From an uncultured virus (IMG/VR IMGVR_UViG_3300048591_001609) (lineage: Duplodnaviria; Heunggongvirae; Uroviricota; Caudoviricetes), in the IMG/VR virus record IMGVR_UViG_3300048591_001609: 64,000 bases of DNA. One strand, written 5' to 3'. The notes beneath the pieces were generated by a model. It searched no databases. It was not told the origin of the DNA and saw only the letters and a program-made list of their open reading frames with translations. Below, piece after piece: positions 26,144 through 35,451 of this stretch; position 1 is the stretch's first letter, and each line of letters starts with the position of its first letter. A program made the translations under genes and the position numbers.

Positions 26144-28580
26144 GTTCAGTCCATTTGAAGTGGAGGCTTACTATCGCACCCGCGTCCCATCGGTCCGCCA
26201 AGAAGGCCCCGAGTGGCGCGGGTCTTGTCCTGTGCATCAAGGGGATGACGACAACTTCGCGGTCAATCCGGAGAGCGGTCTTGCCTACTGTCATTCGCAG
26301 TGCAACCGCGGATGGAACATCGTGCAGCTTGAGCAGGAGCTCTCCGGGCGCCCGTGGAAGGAGTGCCGCCAGGAGGTGTTTGCGCTGGTTGGGCGACCGG
26401 CCAATGGACCGACACAGCTGCGCGAGGTTGCCACCTACGACTACACCAACGCCAAAGGCGAGTTCCTCTTCCAGGTGGTGCGCTATGAGCCGAAGACCTT
26501 CCGGCAGCGCCGGCGCGTAGTGAAGATCGATGGCACGAGCGCGGGCATTGCCTGGGAGTACAACATCAAGGGCATCACGCGGGTGCTGTACCGGCTCCCG
26601 CGCGTCGCGGCCGCCGAGCGCATCCTCATTGTCGAAGGCGAGAAGGACGTCCACAGCCTCGAAGCATTGGGCTTCGTCGCAACCTGCAACCCTGGCGGCG
26701 CCTGCACGCACCCGGGCAAGTGGCTCAAGAACTACACGGAATCGCTCGACGGAAAGCGGGTGGTGCTGATCCCGGACAACGATCCGCCGGGAAAGAAGCA
26801 CGCCGATGTCATCACCCAAGCCATCCGGCACCGGGTCGCGGAACTGCGCATCGTCTCGGTGCCTGCCGGTAAGGACGTCTCCGATTGGATCGCCAGTGGG
26901 GCCACCCGCGAGACGATCGAAGAGGCGATCGCCCAGGCACCCATCATCGGTGGGTACGAGACCGCCTCGCCCGCAGACGCGTCGCCGGGCGGCTTGAACT
27001 CCCCGGGTGCGCCGTTTGCTCCCTCGAAGCTCCCCCAGATCCAGACCAACGACCGGCCCTTCCGCGTAGTGTGTCAGGAGAGCTTCGATGCTCTGACTGC
27101 CTCAAACTCCCCGCCCTACCTGTTCGTGCGCGCTTGCCGGATCGCCACCATCGAATCCACGGAACTCGGGCGCCCGTTCATCGCCGATTTCGATGACAGC
27201 AAGCTCCGCCATTACCTCGCCCAGGCGGCCGACTTCTACGAACTCTCAGCCCGCGGCATTCGCAAGGAGATTCCGCCGCCACTCGACATCGCACGCAACA
27301 TCCAGACCCGCAATCCGTCCACCTGGGGATTCCCGGTGCTCGATGCCGTGGTGGAGGCGCCCACACTGCGCCCGGATGGGACGATCCTCGCCACGCCCGG
27401 TTACGACGTGGCAAGCCGCCTGTATCTGGTCCCCTCGCCCGGCCTCGAAGACATCGACATCCCGGAGCAGCCTTGCAGCGATCACCTTGCCGTCTCGCTC
27501 GATATCCTCCACGATGCGATCGGCGACTTTCCGTTCGTAGACCAGGCCAGCTATGCCAACGCCATCGGGGCGATGCTCACCGCAGTCTGCCGGCACATCA
27601 TCTCTGGGCCCGTACCGCTGGCTCTCTTTGACGCGACCACCCAGGGCACCGGCAAGACTCTCCTCGCGGAGGTCATCGCCATCATTCTCACCGGGCGTGC
27701 TGCCGAGTTGAGCTCCGCGCCCAGCGACCCCGAGGAATGGCGCAAGCAGCTGACCAGCATCCTGATCGAAGCGCCGCCACTGGTTGTCCTCGATAACGTC
27801 ACCAACACCCTCGACTCCGCCGACCTCGCGAAAGTCATCACCGGTGAAATGCACCGGGATCGCGTGCTGGGCAAGTCGCAGACGGTCTCTTTGCCAGTGC
27901 GCTGCTCATGGATCGCCACGGGCAACAACCTGCAGCTCGGCGGGGACATGGCGCGCCGCTGTTTCTGGATCCGCATGGATGCGGGCTGCTCTGATCCCTT
28001 CCGGCGCACGGGATTCAAGCATGACCGGCTGAAGGATTACCTGCTCGCCCACCGCCGGGAGCTGCTCATCGCTTTGCTCACGCTGGCCCGGGCATGGTTC
28101 GCCGCCGGGCAGCCCGCCTCGAAGGTAGTGCCTGTCGGAAGCTTCGAGCGCTGGACCGAGGTGATCTCGGGGATTCTTCATTACGCCGGCGTCGAGGAGT
28201 TCCTCGCCAACAGCGAAAAGCTCTTCGAGCAGTCCGACACCGAGCGCACGGACTGGGAGACCTTCCTCGAGGTCGTGGAGGACACCTTCCAGGGGACACC
28301 GTTCACCATCGCCGAGTTCTGGGAACGCCTCAACGAGAAATCCTACGAGGAACTCGTGCGCCAGTCCGTCCTCACCGACCGCGCCGAAGAGCTGCGGAAC
28401 TCCCTACCCACCGATCTCACCCGATGGATGGATCGCGAAGGCCAGTTCAAACAGCGGCTCGGGGTGACGTTCAATTCGCGGCGCGGGCGGCGCTATGGCA
28501 AGCGTCAGATCCGCGTCGAACGTGCCAACGGAGACGCTCACGGCAAGGTCGCACGGTGGAAGGTAGCGGCTGATGGATAG
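26130..28580 (+). CDS. DNA primase (CHC2 Zn finger + TOPRIM) fused to P-loop helicase-like domain
   Basis: CPVH..CHSQC, VEGEKDV, IPDNDPPG, Walker A QGTGKT, LVVLDN; GTG start after GGAG. Confidence 0.85.
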   Translation: MKSLEFSPFEVEAYYRTRVPSVRQEGPEWRGSCPVHQGDDDNFAVNPESGLAYCHSQCNRGWNIVQLEQELSGRPWKECRQEVFALVGRPANGPTQLREVATYDYTNAKGEFLFQVVRYEPKTFRQRRRVVKIDGTSAGIAWEYNIKGITRVLYRLPRVAAAERILIVEGEKDVHSLEALGFVATCNPGGACTHPGKWLKNYTESLDGKRVVLIPDNDPPGKKHADVITQAIRHRVAELRIVSVPAGKDVSDWIASGATRETIEEAIAQAPIIGGYETASPADASPGGLNSPGAPFAPSKLPQIQTNDRPFRVVCQESFDALTASNSPPYLFVRACRIATIESTELGRPFIADFDDSKLRHYLAQAADFYELSARGIRKEIPPPLDIARNIQTRNPSTWGFPVLDAVVEAPTLRPDGTILATPGYDVASRLYLVPSPGLEDIDIPEQPCSDHLAVSLDILHDAIGDFPFVDQASYANAIGAMLTAVCRHIISGPVPLALFDATTQGTGKTLLAEVIAIILTGRAAELSSAPSDPEEWRKQLTSILIEAPPLVVLDNVTNTLDSADLAKVITGEMHRDRVLGKSQTVSLPVRCSWIATGNNLQLGGDMARRCFWIRMDAGCSDPFRRTGFKHDRLKDYLLAHRRELLIALLTLARAWFAAGQPASKVVPVGSFERWTEVISGILHYAGVEEFLANSEKLFEQSDTERTDWETFLEVVEDTFQGTPFTIAEFWERLNEKSYEELVRQSVLTDRAEELRNSLPTDLTRWMDREGQFKQRLGVTFNSRRGRRYGKRQIRVERANGDAHGKVARWKVAADG

Positions 28581-28585
28581 TACTA

Positions 28586-28883
28586 GTCCCCGCAGGTCCC
28601 CGCATTTTGCGGGGACTAAAAAGTACTGGTCCCCGCAGGTTAAGTCCCCACTTATGAATCAGTTACCTCATTTTGCGGGGACTTGCGGGGACTCTTTTAC
28701 CTTTACGCGTATATGAATACACCCAACACACAAATACGCATTACTCGTGCACGTACGTGGGGGCTGACAGGGGAAAAGTCCCCGCAAGTCCCCGCAACTT
28801 CCTCTATGCTGCTGAGCGCCAATGACTTAACCTGCGGGGACTGCCAAAATCGAGTCCCCGCAGAGTCCCCGCGAGTCCCCGCA
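28586..28883. repeat. Iteron-like array of GTCCCCGCA in both orientations (putative replication origin)
   Basis: 11 perfect copies (forward 28586, 28596, 28629, 28778, 28788, 28854, 28875; reverse 28608, 28674, 28684, 28833) plus variants; AT-richer middle; directly after primase-helicase. Confidence 0.85.
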
Positions 28884-28916
28884 AATTGTAACCGTGCTGA
28901 AACAAAAGAGGCGATT

Positions 28917-29582
28917 TTGGGGCCAATTTGGGTCTCGACCACCCTCGAGTGGTGGACCCCGCGTGAGTCATCGATGTATGCGCGCGACGTCGAGATCAAC
29001 GATTCCTGCTATCGGAGGCTCGATCCCGAGTACTTCGCGTGGCTTCGCCACCGGATGGGTGCGGTGCAGAAGTCCTTCACTGCGGGGAAGGTGCCCGGAG
29101 CGGTCTACGGGCCGCTCAGACAGCGCTTCAACGAGATCCAGGTGCGCGCCATCGATCTGTTCGGGGAACCCGCTCTACTCGCGGCCATAGCCGCCATCGA
29201 CCCCGAGATGTACCGCCCGCCGCTGGCCGAGGTGGAGCCACCGGCACGGCAGGAGCCCGCGCCGCGTGTACGGGCCGAACGCGACAGGCTGGCCTGTGCC
29301 CGCGAGTTGGTGAACGCGATTCGCGACGAAGCCCTGGCTCTTGGCTGGACCATGGACGGGTTGTACCGATCCGCGAACTACGAACGCCGGCCATTCGGTG
29401 GTGGCTACGGGCTGGTTTGCTACATCGAGCGTGGCTGGCGCCTTGGACAGGTCACTCGGCAGTCCATCGAGTTGATCGGCCCACCACCCGCTGAGCCGCG
29501 GATGCGATTCTACAACCCGGATCTGGAGCAGCCGTGGGTGAGGCGGGTCCAGGTAACCAATACGCCCCAAAACGCGCAGTGA
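28917..29582 (+). CDS. Hypothetical protein
   Basis: Open frame with GC3-rich codons (ARDVEINDSCYRRLDPEYFAWL...); start uncertain. Confidence 0.7.
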   Translation: MGPIWVSTTLEWWTPRESSMYARDVEINDSCYRRLDPEYFAWLRHRMGAVQKSFTAGKVPGAVYGPLRQRFNEIQVRAIDLFGEPALLAAIAAIDPEMYRPPLAEVEPPARQEPAPRVRAERDRLACARELVNAIRDEALALGWTMDGLYRSANYERRPFGGGYGLVCYIERGWRLGQVTRQSIELIGPPPAEPRMRFYNPDLEQPWVRRVQVTNTPQNAQ

Positions 29583-29599
29583 AAATTCTCCGCCATCGG

Positions 29600-29629
29600 T
29601 TTACCCTTTTCCTGCGCTCCGCGTATATT
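29600..29629 (+). promoter_or_regulatory. Possible late-region promoter (TTTACC..TATATT)
   Basis: Sigma70-like hexamers at 17-18 bp spacing in the intergenic gap; weak. Confidence 0.25.
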
Positions 29630-29760
29630 TACATCGAAGGCGCAGTTCGATCAGGCCAGCGCAAGGCGCACCCTCCGAAAGACCTCCCTCAGCTTCATAC
29701 CGAGAGACGGGACTCTCGCGAAACTCCTTCCCTTCTGTGCCGCACCCGGAGTGTGTCTTG

Positions 29761-30096
29761 ATGGCAACCGCAACACAAATCCCCTACTACGCTTCCGATG
29801 GGCGTTCCCTCGGGTATCGCCCGCTGGAGACCGCGCAGCGGTTGGTGGCCAATGGCTTTGCCAAACCGTCCTACGGGCGCAAGGGCCATCTCAAGGCGAT
29901 CTGGTTGCGACGGGAGGATGGCACGAGCCCGGTGCAGTCGTCCATCCGCGCTGGCACGCGCTACAGCTTCCTCGAAACGCTGGAGCATGGCCGCTGCTGG
30001 AAGCTGCGCCGACTGCAGATGAAGGACGAGGACGGTGTGGAGTTCAACACCGAGCCGCTGTTCTTCACCGTCCTGAACGAGTGCCTGGTGCGATGA
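29761..30096 (+). CDS. Hypothetical protein
   Basis: 111-aa ORF with GGAG RBS and coding-like codon usage. Confidence 0.7.
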   Translation: MATATQIPYYASDGRSLGYRPLETAQRLVANGFAKPSYGRKGHLKAIWLRREDGTSPVQSSIRAGTRYSFLETLEHGRCWKLRRLQMKDEDGVEFNTEPLFFTVLNECLVR

Positions 30097-30242
30097 AGAC
30101 CCGCAAGAAACAGATTGGTGCTCGATTCTTGGCACGGGTTCGCGGTGCCTTTTTCCCATCGAAACCCTTGCACTGCAAAGTGCGCTTTGGCTGCATCCGA
30201 GGCGCAGATGTCGAAAAAAGCAACAGCAGAGTACCGCGGTAG
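30093..30242 (+). CDS. Small hypothetical protein
   Basis: ATGA overlap; MKTRKKQIGARFLARVRGAFFP... Confidence 0.45.
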   Translation: MKTRKKQIGARFLARVRGAFFPSKPLHCKVRFGCIRGADVEKSNSRVPR

Positions 30243-30301
30243 TCGCCTCTCGTAACTCGGCCACCCGAGATCCAATCATTCGGAAAGCCCGGAGCCATAC
30301 C

Positions 30302-31108
30302 GTGCCAAGTTGCAGAGCTTGCGGAACAATGGGCTCTGTCGACAACTGGGGACGATACACCAGAAATCAACGTCTGAAGGCATTGTGCCCAGAATGCGAC
30401 AGGGCTTTAGAAGCCCATCGGCAGAACACGGCAGCAGCCAGAGAAGCAGGATTCGCCTGTTGGAGCAGCACGCCTGAATACAAACGAAAACAGCGCGAAG
30501 CTGAAGCCAGCAGGCTTGGCCGCGCAATGTCTCCCTACGTATCGAAAAGGGAGCGCATCCGCATCGCTCGCTTGAGGAGGGCAGAACAGTACGCCGACAA
30601 GATTCGAACTGAGTGGGCAGCGGATTGGCTAAGTCCGTTTGACCTTTCGTTAGATGAACTGTACTGGAAAGACTCTGAGTTTCGTGAACAAAAGAAGTCG
30701 GAGGCGCGCGATCGTTATTGGCAGCGACGCGACCAGCAAGTTGCCCGGACCCGCGCTTACAAAACAGCCCACCCTGATCGAGTCTACATTCAGCATGAAA
30801 CCCGTCGAGGGCGCATTCAGGAGTACTCAGATGGAACAGCAACGACGCAGTCAATAGCCCGCCTTAAGCATGAGGCGACCCACTGCGCGTACTGCGGCAC
30901 AGTTCTGCTTCGGAAACACACCGACCACATGATCCCGCTCGCACTCGGCGGAGCGCATTCCCTTCGCAATATCGTGATTGTTTGTCCAGATTGCAATGGA
31001 CGCAAAGCATCTCTTAGCTATCGGGAGTGGACGGAACGAGTTGCACCCCAGCACCGGCCACGAGTTTTAGCGGTGTTCCTTGAACGGTACCGAGCTATGG
31101 TGGCCTGA
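30302..31108 (+). CDS. HNH endonuclease
   Basis: CAYCG..TDHMIPLALGGAHSLRNIVIVCPDCNGRK. Confidence 0.85.
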   Translation: MPSCRACGTMGSVDNWGRYTRNQRLKALCPECDRALEAHRQNTAAAREAGFACWSSTPEYKRKQREAEASRLGRAMSPYVSKRERIRIARLRRAEQYADKIRTEWAADWLSPFDLSLDELYWKDSEFREQKKSEARDRYWQRRDQQVARTRAYKTAHPDRVYIQHETRRGRIQEYSDGTATTQSIARLKHEATHCAYCGTVLLRKHTDHMIPLALGGAHSLRNIVIVCPDCNGRKASLSYREWTERVAPQHRPRVLAVFLERYRAMVA

Positions 31109-31130
31109 TCGCCTGCAATTTCATTGCCAT

Positions 31131-31178
31131 GGGTCCTCCCAGGCGGAGGTTTTTTTGACGGTGGCCAGATTGCACCGT
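31131..31178 (+). other. Putative lambda-type cos packaging site (cosQ + cosN-like)
   Basis: GGGTCCT identical to lambda cosQ, followed by 23 nt ending in ACG as in lambda, then dyad ACGGTG-N9-CACCGT; element encodes GpA-type terminase. Confidence 0.55.
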
Positions 31179-31235
31179 GTCCGCAGCCAGCGAATGAAAA
31201 ACTAGGTTTACACGAGTTGACAGGGAAACCCTCAA

Positions 31236-31898
31236 GTGATTGTTCGCGCAGGGACTTTTCAGGGAGTCGTGGAGTTGACGTGTCGGAATGGCCGCTTGGC
31301 CGTCGAGTGGCATTCCAAGCATGCAGTCACGGAGATCGCTAAGCCCGCGACCGAACCAGCAGGCTATCGGATTCCTCTTCGGCGGCGCGACGGAGCGATT
31401 GTTGCTCACACGATCGTCGACCCACGGGATGCTCATCTTGATGGGTTCAATTGGTGCATGAACCGCGGCGGATACGCAGTGCGAGGCGAGAACGGTCGCC
31501 CGGTGTTCATGCATCGCTACATCCTCGGTGCACCAGCAGGGCTCAAGGTCGATCACATCAATCGCGACCGGCTGGACAACAGGAGATGTAATCTCCGCCT
31601 TACCGACAGTGCCGGCAACGCACGGAACTGCGGCAAAAATAGTCAGAGCGGTCAACCATACAAGGGCATCCGCCGATATGGCACACGCTGGGGCGCAAGG
31701 CTCAAGTACGAAGGCAAGTGGTGCTGTCTCGGGTGGCTCGCTACGCCGGAGGAAGCAGCCGTGGCTTACGACTTGATGGCGATGGTTCTCTTTGGCGAGT
31801 TTGCCGCAACCAATTTTCAATACCAGGAAAACCACAACTCCGAGGAACTGGTCCGGCGCTTGGTCTGGGAAGCCGCACAGGTATTGCGGGCGAACTGA
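31236..31898 (+). CDS. HNH endonuclease with C-terminal AP2 DNA-binding domain
   Basis: MHRYIL..VDHINRDRLDNRRCNLR; YKGIR..WGARL..LGWLATPEEAAVAYD..LFGEFAATNF; start uncertain. Confidence 0.9.
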   Translation: MIVRAGTFQGVVELTCRNGRLAVEWHSKHAVTEIAKPATEPAGYRIPLRRRDGAIVAHTIVDPRDAHLDGFNWCMNRGGYAVRGENGRPVFMHRYILGAPAGLKVDHINRDRLDNRRCNLRLTDSAGNARNCGKNSQSGQPYKGIRRYGTRWGARLKYEGKWCCLGWLATPEEAAVAYDLMAMVLFGEFAATNFQYQENHNSEELVRRLVWEAAQVLRAN

Positions 31899-31905
31899 AG
31901 CAGCA

Positions 31906-33423
31906 ATGACAGAACTCGCACAGCGCTTCGAACTCTGGCCGGTGGAACGGCTGGTTCCCTACGCGAGGAACCCGCGCACGCACTCGGCCGAGCAGGTCGC
32001 GCAGATTGCGGCATCGATCACCGAGTTCGGGTTCAACAATCCGGTCCTGGTGGATTCCGCGGCGGGGGTGATCGCGGGGCATGGACGATTGCAGGCGGCG
32101 CGGCAGTTGGGGCTCACGGAGATTCCGGTGATCGTGCTCGATCACCTTGACGAGAACCAGCGGCGCGCGTATCTGCTCGCGGACAACCGGCTGTCGGAAC
32201 TTGCTGGGTGGGACAACGAGTTGCTCGCCCTCGAACTGAAGGATCTGGCGGATGCCGGTTTCGACGCGACGCTGGCCGGGTTTGACACCAAGGAGATCGA
32301 GGCGTACCTGGCTTCGCTCGAAGCGGAGACACCGGAAGGCGAACAGGCCGACGACGAAGAGATCTCCGAACCGCCGGCGCAGGCGATCACGCAGCCTGGC
32401 GATCTGTGGGTCGTGGGCCCGCATCGAGTGCTGTGCGGCGATTGCCGCGATCGCGAGATGGTCGCGCGACTGCTCGGCAAGCAGAAGGCAAACTTGGTGG
32501 TGACGTCGCCGCCCTACGCCACGCAGCGCGAGTATGATCCGGCAAGCGGCTTCCAGCCGATTCCACCGGATGAGTACGTGGGCTGGTATCGCGATGTGGC
32601 GTCGAGCATCGAAGGTGTACTGGCGCGGGACGGTTCCTACTTTCTGAACATTAAGGAGCATGCCGAAGACGGGCAGCGGCACCTCTACGTGAAGAAGTTG
32701 GTGCTGGCCCATGTGGAGCAGTGGGGCTGGCGCTTTGTGGACGAGTTCTGCTGGCGCAAGACCGATAACGGCGTGCCAGGCGGATGGTCGAACCGCTTCA
32801 AGAACGCCTGGGAGCCGGTGTTCCACTTCTGCCGGCAGCCCGAGATCAAGTTTCATCCCTTCGCCGTGGGGCATGTCTCCGAAGACTGCTTCGATTACTC
32901 GCCGAACAATCCGAAATCGACCTCGGGCAGCGGCTTGCTCGGTACCGGCGCGCGCGGCAATGCGGCAGGGCGTCCGGATGCCGAGGATAACGATGGCCGC
33001 TTCAAGGGCATCGCCAGACCATCGAACGTCATCGAGGCGAAGACGGAATCCTCGCAAGGCTCGCACTCGGCGCCGTTCCCGCGCGCCCTGGTTGAGTTCT
33101 TCGTGAAGGCCTTCTCCGATGCCGGGGACGTGGTGTTCGACCCGTTCCTCGGCAGCGGCACAACCATCGCGGCAGCGCATGTCCATGGGCGTGTGGGATG
33201 TGGGCTCGAACTGAGTCCGGCCTACTGCGACGTGATCCTGCGCCGCCTTGCCGATCTCACTGGCCAGGAGCCTCAGCTCGAGGCAACGGGCCAGACTCTC
33301 TCCCAGGTTGCCGCCGCGCGCGGCATCCCCGAGGAGCAACTCCACAACCCCAAAGCACGCGACTCTCGCCGGATCCAGCACAACGGTCCGGCACCCTTTT
33401 ACGGGAGCCGCAAGGCTTCCTAA
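31906..33423 (+). CDS. ParB-N domain + DNA methyltransferase (SPPY)
   Basis: PYARNPRTH..IAGHGRL..LADNRL (ParB/Srx); VVTSPPY, HSAPFP, VFDPFLGSGTT. Confidence 0.9.
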   Translation: MTELAQRFELWPVERLVPYARNPRTHSAEQVAQIAASITEFGFNNPVLVDSAAGVIAGHGRLQAARQLGLTEIPVIVLDHLDENQRRAYLLADNRLSELAGWDNELLALELKDLADAGFDATLAGFDTKEIEAYLASLEAETPEGEQADDEEISEPPAQAITQPGDLWVVGPHRVLCGDCRDREMVARLLGKQKANLVVTSPPYATQREYDPASGFQPIPPDEYVGWYRDVASSIEGVLARDGSYFLNIKEHAEDGQRHLYVKKLVLAHVEQWGWRFVDEFCWRKTDNGVPGGWSNRFKNAWEPVFHFCRQPEIKFHPFAVGHVSEDCFDYSPNNPKSTSGSGLLGTGARGNAAGRPDAEDNDGRFKGIARPSNVIEAKTESSQGSHSAPFPRALVEFFVKAFSDAGDVVFDPFLGSGTTIAAAHVHGRVGCGLELSPAYCDVILRRLADLTGQEPQLEATGQTLSQVAAARGIPEEQLHNPKARDSRRIQHNGPAPFYGSRKAS

Positions 33424-33451
33424 CCCGCTATCTATCCTCGCAGCCACCCTT

Positions 33452-33495
33452 GGGCGGTTCCGGTTGCTCGCGCTTCCGGAGCCGCCCGCTTTTTT
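33452..33495 (+). terminator. Terminator-like hairpin with T tract
   Basis: GGGCGGTTCCGG...CCGGAGCCGCCC followed by gcTTTTTT. Confidence 0.45.
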
Positions 33496-33508
33496 GGAGC
33501 CAAGTCCG

Positions 33509-33778
33509 ATGATTCGCGAACTGCGAATGTACTGGCGGTTGCGGCCTTACTTGAGCCGCTTTCAGGAGTTAACCAAGATGCGATTCTCCGTAAACGTTGC
33601 GATTCAGATGATCGCCCTGGCTGCCCAGGGCATCAACGCTTCGATTGACCTGTTGCCGGGCAAGGGAAAGTTCTGGGCCATGGTTGGTCTTTCCGTGGCC
33701 CAAGGCGCCGCCGGTGTGCTGGCGCACTTTGCCAACCCCGATGGCAGCCCCGCGCAGGCACCCTACACCAAGCAGTGA
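33509..33778 (+). CDS. Small membrane protein, putative holin
   Basis: 89 aa, two hydrophobic segments, C-terminal NPDGSPA; GGAG RBS. Confidence 0.55.
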   Translation: MIRELRMYWRLRPYLSRFQELTKMRFSVNVAIQMIALAAQGINASIDLLPGKGKFWAMVGLSVAQGAAGVLAHFANPDGSPAQAPYTKQ

Positions 33779-35034
33779 ACGACCAGATCCAGATTGAGCG
33801 CTGGCCGGTGGAGCGGCTGATTCCCTACGCCCGGAATCCGCGTACGCACACCGACGAGCAAGTGGCGCAGATCGCGGCATCGATCGCCGAGTTCGGCTGG
33901 ACAAACCCCGTTCTGGTGGGAGCCGACGGCGTCGTGATCGCGGGCCATGCGCGGCTGATGGCGGCGCGGAAGCTAGCGCTCGCCGAGGTGCCGGTGATCG
34001 TGCTCGATTACCTCACCGAAGCACAGCGGCGGGCGCTAGTAATCGCTGACAACAAGCTCTCTCTCAACGCCGGCTGGGATGAGGACATGCTGCGCGTCGA
34101 GATCGATGCACTGCGCGAAGTGGATTTCGATCTCGACGTGCTGGGCTTCGATGACCAGGAACTCGAAGCTCTGCTGGCTGATGAGCCCGCGGATGGGGCC
34201 GGCAACACGGATGACGATGCCGCACCGGAGACTCCGGAATCGGCAGTCACGGTACCAGGCGATGTGTGGATCCTGGGCGAGCATCGGTTGCTCTGTGGCG
34301 ATGCCACGGTGCTCAGCGATCTCGAGAAAGTGCTGGCAGGCGGGCTTGCCGACATGGTCGCGACAGACCCTCCGTACAATGTGAACTACGGCGCCACAAT
34401 GAAGGACAAGCTGCGCGGCAAGAAGCGCAAGATTGCGAACGACAATCTGGGTGATGGCTTCGAACAGTTCCTGCGGGATGTGTGCATGAACCTGCTGGCG
34501 GTGACCAAGGGCGCCATCTACATCTGCATGTCCTCTTCCGAGCTGCACACTCTCTACCGGGCGTTCACCGAAGCAGGCGGCCACTGGTCAACCTTCGTCA
34601 TCTGGGCGAAGAACACGTTCACCATGGGCCGCTCCGACTACCAACGGCAGTACGAGCCGATTCTCTACGGCTGGAAGGAAGGCTCGGATCATTACTGGTG
34701 CGGAGCCCGCGACCAGGGTGATGTGTGGCTGGTGAAGAAGCCCGTCTCGAACGATCTGCATCCGACGATGAAGCCGGTGGAACTCGTCGAGCGTGCCATT
34801 CGCAACAGCAGCAAGACGCGGGACACGGTGCTCGATCCCTTTGGCGGTTCGGGCTCCACAATGATTGCGTGCGAGAAGGCAGGGCGCCAGGCGCGGCTCA
34901 TTGAACTCGAACCGCGCTACTGCGACGTGATCGTGCGGCGCTGGGAGGAGTTCTCCGGCAAGCAGGCAGTGCTCGAGGGTGATGGGAGGAGCTTCGCGGA
35001 TCTTGCCGCCGAGAGATTGGGGATTGCGGCGTGA
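33775..35034 (+). CDS. ParB-N domain + DNA adenine methyltransferase (DPPY)
   Basis: ParB/Srx N-terminus; ATDPPYNV, HPTMKPVEL, VLDPFGGSGST. Confidence 0.9.
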   Translation: MNDQIQIERWPVERLIPYARNPRTHTDEQVAQIAASIAEFGWTNPVLVGADGVVIAGHARLMAARKLALAEVPVIVLDYLTEAQRRALVIADNKLSLNAGWDEDMLRVEIDALREVDFDLDVLGFDDQELEALLADEPADGAGNTDDDAAPETPESAVTVPGDVWILGEHRLLCGDATVLSDLEKVLAGGLADMVATDPPYNVNYGATMKDKLRGKKRKIANDNLGDGFEQFLRDVCMNLLAVTKGAIYICMSSSELHTLYRAFTEAGGHWSTFVIWAKNTFTMGRSDYQRQYEPILYGWKEGSDHYWCGARDQGDVWLVKKPVSNDLHPTMKPVELVERAIRNSSKTRDTVLDPFGGSGSTMIACEKAGRQARLIELEPRYCDVIVRRWEEFSGKQAVLEGDGRSFADLAAERLGIAA

Positions 35035-35220
35035 ATCGCCCGCTGCCACCGCGAGATCGCGGTAATCGAAGCGGAGATCCGGGCGGGGAATCCCGCACTG
35101 CCCGGGCTCTGCCTGGGACTCGTGGATTGGTCCGCTGAACTTCGCCTTCTGAAGAGGCTTCCATGGAAGACAACATCCTTCAAGTCATCGTCCCGGCCAT
35201 CGGGCTGGTCTCCGGATTGA
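35031..35220 (+). pseudogene. Probable frameshifted small gene
   Basis: Coding-like frame 35035-35220 (IARCHREIAVIEAEIRAG..LVDWSAELRLL) lacks a start; GTG at 35031 is one base out of frame. Confidence 0.35.
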
Positions 35221-35447
35221 TCGGCGCCTACGTCGGCCTGCAGAACCGCGCGCTGCTGGCGGAGGTACGCCAGGAGTTGGCCGAGTTGGAGAACCGGATC
35301 ATCACGCGGATCAACGGGACGTACGTGCGGAAGGGCGAGTGCGCGTTACGCGAAGAGAACCTGCATAACCGGCTTGATGTGCTGGTTGGACGTCACGAGA
35401 AGCGAAAAGCCGCCGGCGATCAACCGGCGGCATTGGGTTCGGACTGA
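35163..35447 (+). CDS. Small membrane-anchored protein
   Basis: N-terminal TM VIVPAIGLVSGLIGAYVGL then coiled coil. Confidence 0.65.
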   Translation: MEDNILQVIVPAIGLVSGLIGAYVGLQNRALLAEVRQELAELENRIITRINGTYVRKGECALREENLHNRLDVLVGRHEKRKAAGDQPAALGSD

Positions 35448-35451
35448 CGGC

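Noticed and set aside
28586..28883. CRISPR array
   Set aside because: Repeats are 9 bp, in both orientations, with irregular short spacing; no cas operon
31906..35034. ParB partner for the ParA at 16086-17117
   Set aside because: ParB-N domains are fused to methyltransferases, lack the parS-binding HTH and lie 15 kb away
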